The position numbers and the translations under genes are program-made. Shown one piece after another: positions 17,777 to 24,000 of a stretch of DNA of 24,000 bases. The DNA lies in the NCBI GenBank assembly GCA_038845975.1, contig JAWBQF010000004.1, positions 25,366 through 49,365 on the forward strand, given 5' to 3'. A model generated the notes under the pieces. It was not told the DNA's origin. It saw only the letters and a list, made by a program, of their open reading frames with translations, and ran no database searches. How positions within the stretch are numbered: the first letter of the stretch is position 1; each line of letters starts with the position of its first letter. This DNA comes from Candidatus Methanomethylicia archaeon. GTDB lineage: Archaea > Thermoproteota > Methanomethylicia > CALHIW01.

Positions 17777-18151
17777 ATGGCCACTATTAGGTTGAATAAA
17801 TATAATGAGGATTTTATTCGTTTTCTAAAATCTATTGGTGCAAAATTTGATCCTAAGAGTAAGGAGTGGCATGTATCTCCAGATAGGATAGAGGAAGTTA
17901 AAAGTAAAATTAGGGAGTATAAAGTTGAGGCTGAGGTTAAATCTTATACTGCAAAACCTATTGAGGCTATCAAGCTAAGGGTTGGGAGTATTAGAATGAA
18001 TCTTTCTAAAGATGGTAGATTTGCACTTATAAGAATGAATTTAATAGCAAATGTAAATGATATTATAGAACTGCTTGAAGGAACTAGGAAGACTGTAAAG
18101 TTTCGGATATTACCTCCTAGAAGATCAAAATTAGAAGCGAAGTCTAATTAA
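17777..18151 (+). CDS. Hypothetical protein, 124 aa
   Basis: The ORF is clean with an ATG start, and its purine-rich codon usage resembles its neighbours. The N-terminal FLKSIGAKFDPKSKEWHVSP resembles, from memory, the short GA(K/R)(W/F)D...K.W(Y/H)V module (DUF5710-type). IRMNL is repeated internally. Confidence 0.5.
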   Translation: MATIRLNKYNEDFIRFLKSIGAKFDPKSKEWHVSPDRIEEVKSKIREYKVEAEVKSYTAKPIEAIKLRVGSIRMNLSKDGRFALIRMNLIANVNDIIELLEGTRKTVKFRILPPRRSKLEAKSN

Positions 18152-18213
18152 TATTGATGGATTGCTAAGCTTAAATATGTTTAAGCTTTAACTTCAATGT
18201 TTAGATTAAAAAG

Positions 18214-19275
18214 TTATTTTCTACATATCTTAACATCGAAAACAGTTATTAATTCGTAAGGTGCAACTTCTAGAACTCTTCTAGCTTCTAGGATTTCAGC
18301 CTCAACATCGTTTCTCCTAAGCTCCATTAATAATTTATCTCTTTCTAAAGTTATTCCCTCATGGCTTGCTACATAAGTATAGTAATGTATAATTCCCTTC
18401 ATATCTCTTAATGCTTTAATAGCTACATCTATAAATTCTATAGCATTATGGGGGAGGTTCATTATAATCCTGTTAGCAGTATTTTGTAGTTTGGAATTTA
18501 TGATTTCTCTAGCATCACCATAAATCGGTATTATTTCACCTTTAAGTTTATTAAGTTTTAGGTTTTCATTAAGATACTTAATTGCTTCAGGATTTATATC
18601 TATAGCATATACTCTAGCTTTAGTTCTTAAAGCTATATGGAGAGCGAAGGAGCCAACACCGGTAAACATATCTATAACTGTCTCCCCATCCACTACCTTA
18701 GATGCAACCCTAACATGCTCATATGATAGGCTTGGATTAAAGTATACTTTCGAGATGTCTACCTTCATTCTACATCCATATTCTACATGTATTGTTTCAG
18801 TTCTTCTCTCACCAGCTATATGTTCAATAGGTCTAATCCTATATATTCCTTCAGTTCCTCCAGTTTTCATGTATACAGCTTTAACTGAGGAGTTAACAGC
18901 CATTATTCCCTCACCTATAATACTCCTATAGCTATATAGTTGATCAGGAATCTCTATGATTGCAATATCACCCACTATACTGAACGATCTTGGTAGAATT
19001 GCAAGCATCCATGGTTCAAGTTTACCGGATAATGCCTCAATAAGACTGCGCGGCTTCCTCAATTTAGGTTCAAATTCAAAACCTACAATGCATGCATTAG
19101 ACTCAATCTTAAGAACCTCATCAACTTCTTCAGCTTTAAGCTCCCTAGTAATTGGAAATATAACTTTATCATTAACTTTAGCTACTTTAAATTTCTCATC
19201 TAATACGCCCATTAACTTTAATAGTTTCCGAACTTCCTCAGCTTTAATCCTAGAAACTCTAATTCCTATTCCCAT
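18214..19275 (-). CDS. trm5: tRNA (guanine37-N1)-methyltransferase Trm5 / Taw22 family (Met-10+ like class I methyltransferase)
   Basis: The ORF is 353 aa. It has the SAM motif VIDMFTGVGSFAL, the catalytic-loop MNLP (NLP/NPP motif), and FNPSLSYEH, which is typical of archaeal Trm5. Confidence 0.85.
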   Translation of the reverse strand: MGIGIRVSRIKAEEVRKLLKLMGVLDEKFKVAKVNDKVIFPITRELKAEEVDEVLKIESNACIVGFEFEPKLRKPRSLIEALSGKLEPWMLAILPRSFSIVGDIAIIEIPDQLYSYRSIIGEGIMAVNSSVKAVYMKTGGTEGIYRIRPIEHIAGERRTETIHVEYGCRMKVDISKVYFNPSLSYEHVRVASKVVDGETVIDMFTGVGSFALHIALRTKARVYAIDINPEAIKYLNENLKLNKLKGEIIPIYGDAREIINSKLQNTANRIIMNLPHNAIEFIDVAIKALRDMKGIIHYYTYVASHEGITLERDKLLMELRRNDVEAEILEARRVLEVAPYELITVFDVKICRK

Positions 19276-19722
19276 ATACGCCTCTACTCCAATGACTATA
19301 ATTCAATACTATTATTATGTAGAACTAATTTATAAAGGTGAATGTCTAAGAACTCATAGTTTAAACTCTGGAATGAATGGGCGAAGTTTAAGAGGTAAGG
19401 AAGATATTAGGTACAGCTTAAACTATACTTTAAGGATGAACATGGATTAGCATTAGGATTGTAAGAAAGGTTTCAGCTCCTGAAGGATTAAAGCCGTTAT
19501 TAGGGTTCAGCATTAGGTTTAATCATGCTATCTACTCATAAGCTGTAAACTCCGTTAACAGCAAGGTTTAGGAATATAAGGATAACCCTAGTTCTCATTA
19601 ATCGGATTATGCTGAATGTTAATATTAAGAAGATTCATTAAAGTTTAATGTTACAAATATGATTCCTTTGGAATATTTTTGGCAGCAATATATATTGGTT
19701 TTTCTATTATTTATTGGTGTTT

Positions 19723-20352
19723 ATGGGTTTTGTTGTTTTTGATGATGTATGTTTATGGTGTAGGTGTTTAGCCTCATTTATTCGTAGGGTTTTCGGTATT
19801 GAAATAGTTCCCTTAGGAAGGGTTGTTGAGGATTTTGGTGTTAAGCTTAATAAGGGTAGAATATATGTTTTTGATAATGGAGTTAATGAGGGATTTAAAC
19901 CACTAATAAAACTAATAGTAAATAAGGGTAGGCTGAAATCCCTAAGAATTATACCATCATATATAGCGTATAGAGTAGCTAGGAGTGTAAATGTTAGGTG
20001 TGGATGTAACTATAGTAGGAGGACATATATTAGAAGAGTATTACTAGGTATTATATTTTTAGTATTTTTCATTCTTTTAAGCATTATATGGCATGATGTT
20101 TTAATAGGGATATTTATTCTTTTTTCTCTCCTTTTCACTATTATTCTCAACCTCATAATATACCTTATAAAACCCTCTAAAAGTAAGCAGAGATTACTCT
20201 TACTAATTTACGGATATGTTTACTTTTTTACAGCGAGAATATTAGGAGATATGCTAGGTGTAAGTATACATCCATTTTCTCGTCTTGATGGACTTCTCTT
20301 CATGATAATGATGTGGACAATAATATATGGAATACTATGTATAGTTAATTAA
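19723..20352 (+). CDS. DCC1-like thiol-disulfide oxidoreductase (DUF393) N-terminal domain fused to a polytopic membrane domain
   Basis: The track ORF starts at TTG 19714, and ATG 19723 is the likelier start. VVFDDVCLWC resembles the DUF393 (Y/F)DGxCxLC motif. The C-terminal half has 3-4 hydrophobic helices. Confidence 0.5.
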   Translation: MGFVVFDDVCLWCRCLASFIRRVFGIEIVPLGRVVEDFGVKLNKGRIYVFDNGVNEGFKPLIKLIVNKGRLKSLRIIPSYIAYRVARSVNVRCGCNYSRRTYIRRVLLGIIFLVFFILLSIIWHDVLIGIFILFSLLFTIILNLIIYLIKPSKSKQRLLLLIYGYVYFFTARILGDMLGVSIHPFSRLDGLLFMIMMWTIIYGILCIVN

Positions 20353-20372
20353 AGGGGATAATTAAAGGGGAG

Positions 20373-21020
20373 CGATAATGTTATTATTGGTTACTGTTGG
20401 ATGAATATGCTGCTAGGTATAGGCACTGCTAAAAGCTTAAAGGATTAGAGGTAGATGGAGCTTGATGTAAGAGCGAGTAATTAATGCTAATATCTAAAGG
20501 ATGATCTATTAGTAAGCCTTGTAAGGCTGCTATTGACAGCGCAACTATTAAAGCTAGGAAAGAAAGCTAGTTAGCTATGCATGGATATAAGAATATCGTA
20601 GACATGAAAATACATGTAGTTTTACCATCTAAAGCCCTGCCATTAAGCATTAAAATAGGTAGACAACAAGTCCAACTCTAACTACTTCATACCCTCCTAA
20701 GGAATGTGAGAATTGAGTATAGTAGGGTAAATCTATAAGTAGGATTACGGCAGATTCATAGATGCTAGGAGATGAAGGAATATTTCAAGCATAAAGGAAT
20801 AAAGAAGCATAAATATTAATTCAAGGAATAAACTAAACATGGAAGACTATATAGACTTAATGGAAAAGTATACAAGAGTATGAGAATATGTTGAAGATTC
20901 TTCACATAGCTAACAGCATTTAGAGAATAACCATAAAATTTGAAAGACTGGCATCAACATTCCTAAGCTTTATACAAATAATATGCATAACAGTATACCC
21001 AAGGGTTTCGCGATGAGTTT
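20373..21020 (+). pseudogene. IS5-family insertion sequence, copy B: 5'-truncated and the most degenerate copy
   Basis: It aligns with copy C from the ...ILYVLVTGCRW-equivalent region onward. It ends in the right TIR-like gggtttcgcgatgagttt (to 21020). It is riddled with stops. Confidence 0.7.
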
Positions 21021-21155
21021 TAAGGCAAAGACGTATTGAGTGGAAAATGAAAACATGTATAAGGTTATCATTAGTGGTATGATTCCTATTAATCTCTTAC
21101 TTGGAGGTAATGTAATAATTAGAAAAGAGAAAAATATTATTTGTAAATATTCCAA
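21021..21155 (-). pseudogene. Possible N-terminal stub of an ABC permease (DppB/OppB-like), cut off by IS5 copy B
   Basis: Part of track ORF 20970..21155 reads ...KRLIGIIPLMITLYMFSFSTQY, which resembles the (R/K)Rhh..IP.h.hh.hh.F N-terminus of binding-protein-dependent permeases. The frame runs straight into the IS terminus at 21020. Confidence 0.3.
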
Positions 21156-21285
21156 TTAGGTAAATATTCTTTAAACGACCTTATTAAAAGCCATCCTTAT
21201 CCATAACTATGGATCTGAATACCAAACACCAATAGTAGTATTCATGATCTGTTCAATAAGGTTGCTGTACCTATCATTTTGTATT

Positions 21286-22125
21286 GAACTCATTGCAAAA
21301 CTATTTAAGCCTTCTTCTTTTATACTTTCTTCATGGAGCTTCGTGAGCTTAGTGATTGTGAGTGGGAGCTTATTAGACCTTTGCTTCCTCCTATGGCTAG
21401 GGTTGGTAGACCTAGGATAGATGATAGGCTTGTTGAACGGTATTTTATATGTGCTTGTTACCGGCTGTAGATGGATGGATATGCCTTCTAGGTATGGGCA
21501 TTACTCAACAGCCTTTAGGAGGCTTAAGAGATGGAGCTAGGTGTTTGGAGCAGATACTTAATGCCCTGATATCTAAGGTTTATTCTACGGGTAAGCCTTG
21601 ATAGGGTTACCGTTGATAGCACGACTATAAAGGCTAGGAAAGGGGGAGCTTGTAGGCTATGATGGATATAAGCATATTAAGGGTACGAAGATTCATGCTG
21701 TTGTATCGCCTGAATCCCTACCCCTAAGCGTTCAGGTTGGGTCAGGTAATGAGCATGACTCAAAACGCTTCATAAAGCTCCTTGAAGATGTAAGGGTTAA
21801 GCATGGTAGGGGTAGGCCTAGGAGTAGACCTAAAGAGGTTATAGGAGACTCAGCATATGATGCTAGGAGATTAGAGAATACCTCAAGCGTAGAGGAGTGA
21901 AAGCAAACATAGATGTCAACCCGAGGCGTAAGCCCAAGCATGGAAGACCATACAGGCTCGATGGGAAGGCATATAAGAGCATGAGGAGCGCTGTTGAAAG
22001 ATTCTTCTCATGGATAACATCATTCAGAAGATTATCCATAAGATACGAAAGACTAGCATCAACATTCCTAGGATTCATACAAATAGCATGCATAATAATA
22101 TTGCTGAGGGTTTTCAGATGAGTTC
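21286..22125 (+). mobile_element. IS5-family insertion sequence, copy C: full length (840 bp), both TIRs present, transposase inactivated
   Basis: The TIRs are gaactcattgcaaaac (21286-21301) and gttttcagatgagttc (22110-22125). The pieces MELRELSDCEWELIRPLLPP..GRPRIDDR, NGILYVLVTGCRWMDMPSRYG, VDSTTIKARKGG, GYDGYKHIKGTKIHAVV, VIGDSAYDA and SAVERFFSWITSFRRLSIRYERLASTFLGF together give the IS5 DDE transposase. They are spread over all three frames and interrupted by stops. Confidence 0.85.
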
Positions 22126-22151
22126 ATTAAAAAATAAAATTAGGTTATTGA

Positions 22152-24000
22152 TTATTTTTTCCTAGCTATAATAGCTATTGCTACCAATACTACTAGGTTT
22201 ATAACTAGTAGAATGATAGCTATTGTTAGTAGATTGTTTAATGATGATATTGCTGAGGCTAGCTGGCTTGTTGATGTCTCTAGACTTGTAGCAAGCGTAG
22301 TAAGCTGACCTGATAATACTCCTATCTGACCTGATAGCCCACTAATTTTGTCCTCAATGCCTTTACCAACTTTCTCAAACCCCATCTCTATAGGCTTTAT
22401 GTTAAGTACATCAAAGAAATGCTTCTCAGCACTTACAAATGATACAACTCCACTATATCCTGCTATTGTTAGCTCGTAAAGTCCAGCCTTCAGCTTAGCC
22501 GTAAATTCTGCTGGTAGTATTATTGCAAATCTTGTTGGAGTAATTTTTTCCCCATCACCTATCCTAATAATTTCTCCTGTTATTGGATCCTTAATTAGAT
22601 ATTTAAGTCCTAATGGTGATGGACCTTTAAGCTCAATTACAAATGTAGATTCACCACCAGGTACTACTGTTGGAATTCCTATACTAACTATTTCTATCTG
22701 TTCAGGTTTTCCAAAATACCATTTACCTGCGCTAAATGGATATGTTGGATCTCTAAAAGCTCTTAACTCAACATACTGTGCAGCTGGATCAAACTTATAA
22801 AGATAGAATGGACCATTACTTATCACTATATTCCCATAGCTACTAAACCACTGTGATGCGGCATCATAACGTGCTTTAGCATCATCCCTTACAGCGTAAG
22901 ATTTACCAAGAACCGTGAAAACATTTTCAGGGAAGAATTCTGTGGTTTTCATTTCATTAATAGTATTCGTAACCATCATTGCATGATCCTTCAATACTAG
23001 GGATAGCCATGGAACCTTAAACTTATTAGCAGCAGTCTCGGAATATGCTGCTTGCTTCTTTTCAAAGACAACTTTATCCATTGCTGCAAGAACTTCCCAA
23101 GGCATTGCTGTTATTGCACCTGTAGAAGCCGATGTAGAGAATGAAGTTAAAGCATAGTCTGCAATATAGTTAATATCAAAATGCCAGTAATCAATATAAA
23201 CCTCAATGCTATTACCTATAATTCTAAATCCCTTAAATGTAGGAAGAACTTCTCCAAAAGTAGCTGCTACGGTAGACTCTAACGCAGACTTATTAGGATC
23301 ATAGGTCATATCCCATATCTGATATATTGCAAACAATATATCTGCCCATGTTATTGATTGACCATGATGCCATTTAGAGCCTAAATACTTCGATAAATCA
23401 AATACAACCTTACTCTTTGCAGTAATACCTTTACCTACAGCAGTCCATGATTTCGATTTAGCATCCCATATGAAAGCATCTTCAGGTACCGTTAACACTC
23501 CATCAGGTCCCTTAGTTTCAACAGTATAGCTTGCTCTAAATGGTATTGGTAATCCACTAAATGGATTTCTCCAAACTGCAGGATCATATACTGCTCTCCA
23601 AATATCAACACTATAAACATCATCATGTCCTCCAATAGGATTCCAAACTGATCTTTCAGTCCAAACCCATAAGTGTCCTACGGTAACCGTAGTCTTACCA
23701 GGAATGTATACCTCCCTAGGGTTAAGGGGAGATCTTAATCCTGTACCAAGATCTAAAGTTAACCCCTTAACATCTTTTCTTGCAGGATTTATATCAAGTC
23801 TTGTAGCAACCCAGATTCTAACTGCTTCTTGAATAATCATTTCAGAGCATTTTCTATATAGCTCATTTCTTTCATTTTCACTCTTAAATTCACCCTTAAA
23901 AATCCTTTTACCTAAATTGTCAATTGTTGAGTTCTCATATTGCCACCATCCAGCCTCCTGGTAGCCTGGCATCCACCCATACCATGGAGCACCAAACTGA
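22152..24000 (-). CDS. ABC transporter substrate-binding protein, family 5 (oligopeptide/sugar type), with a C-terminal transmembrane anchor; the N-terminus lies beyond the window end
   Basis: The track ORF starts at M 23972, but the frame stays open to 24000 (QFGAPWYGW precedes it). It has SBP_bac_5-like content. The C-terminus has an extra beta-rich domain, a Ser/Thr/Leu-rich repeat segment (LSGQIGVLSGQLTTLATSLETSTSQLASAISSL) and the TM helix IAIILLVINLVVLVAIAIIARKK. Confidence 0.85.
   Translation of the reverse strand, partial: QFGAPWYGWMPGYQEAGWWQYENSTIDNLGKRIFKGEFKSENERNELYRKCSEMIIQEAVRIWVATRLDINPARKDVKGLTLDLGTGLRSPLNPREVYIPGKTTVTVGHLWVWTERSVWNPIGGHDDVYSVDIWRAVYDPAVWRNPFSGLPIPFRASYTVETKGPDGVLTVPEDAFIWDAKSKSWTAVGKGITAKSKVVFDLSKYLGSKWHHGQSITWADILFAIYQIWDMTYDPNKSALESTVAATFGEVLPTFKGFRIIGNSIEVYIDYWHFDINYIADYALTSFSTSASTGAITAMPWEVLAAMDKVVFEKKQAAYSETAANKFKVPWLSLVLKDHAMMVTNTINEMKTTEFFPENVFTVLGKSYAVRDDAKARYDAASQWFSSYGNIVISNGPFYLYKFDPAAQYVELRAFRDPTYPFSAGKWYFGKPEQIEIVSIGIPTVVPGGESTFVIELKGPSPLGLKYLIKDPITGEIIRIGDGEKITPTRFAIILPAEFTAKLKAGLYELTIAGYSGVVSFVSAEKHFFDVLNIKPIEMGFEKVGKGIEDKISGLSGQIGVLSGQLTTLATSLETSTSQLASAISSLNNLLTIAIILLVINLVVLVAIAIIARKK

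Noticed and set aside
21732-22093. Minus-strand ORFs 21732..21941 and 21863..22093, and 4512..4751(-).
   Set aside because: These are shadow frames opposite the IS5 transposase remnants. The plus strand carries the recognisable DDE transposase segments.
1-24000. CRISPR arrays, tRNA/rRNA genes, and GC-rich structured-RNA islands.
   Set aside because: Reading through all spacers, I found no regularly spaced direct repeats and no GC-rich tRNA-like or rRNA-like segments. This was a visual scan only. tRNAscan-SE, Infernal and a CRISPR finder should confirm it.

Overview
The window is an AT-rich archaeal chromosomal segment that looks crenarchaeal. Supporting signs are TrmY, archaeal Trm5, type-2 methionine aminopeptidase, tungsten-type AOR, CofD, and TATA-like boxes about 25-30 nt upstream of start codons, which suggests leaderless mRNAs.

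Coding content is mostly housekeeping and central metabolism:
- aminotransferase (partial)
- TrmY
- bifunctional NAD(P)H-hydrate repair enzyme
- aldehyde:ferredoxin oxidoreductase
- a stand-alone YcaO
- an acyl-CoA dehydrogenase plus family III CoA-transferase pair whose reading frames overlap
- CofD
- an M50 site-2 protease
- a DUF457-like membrane hydrolase
- a thioredoxin-fold protein
- methionine aminopeptidase
- a 124-aa hypothetical protein
- Trm5
- a DCC-like membrane protein
- an ABC substrate-binding protein (partial)

I found no rRNA, tRNA, CRISPR array or recognisable defence operon.

The structure the ORF track does not explain is in the spacers. Seven of the ten spacers longer than about 250 bp carry fossils of two insertion-sequence families:
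- An IS5-family element is present in three decayed copies. One still has both terminal inverted repeats.
- A roughly 0.7-kb IS6-like element is present. One copy has 18-bp terminal inverted repeats (TIRs) and a 7/8 matching 8-bp target duplication, and there are several rearranged or miniature relics.

The items most worth following up are:
- the orphan YcaO with a 4-Cys insert and no partner or precursor gene in view
- a pair of relic copies bracketing map, whose roughly 56-nt core is much better conserved than its flanks
- an IS-truncated ABC transporter operon

All alignments were done by eye. Family assignments rest on motif recall and need HMM or BLAST confirmation.
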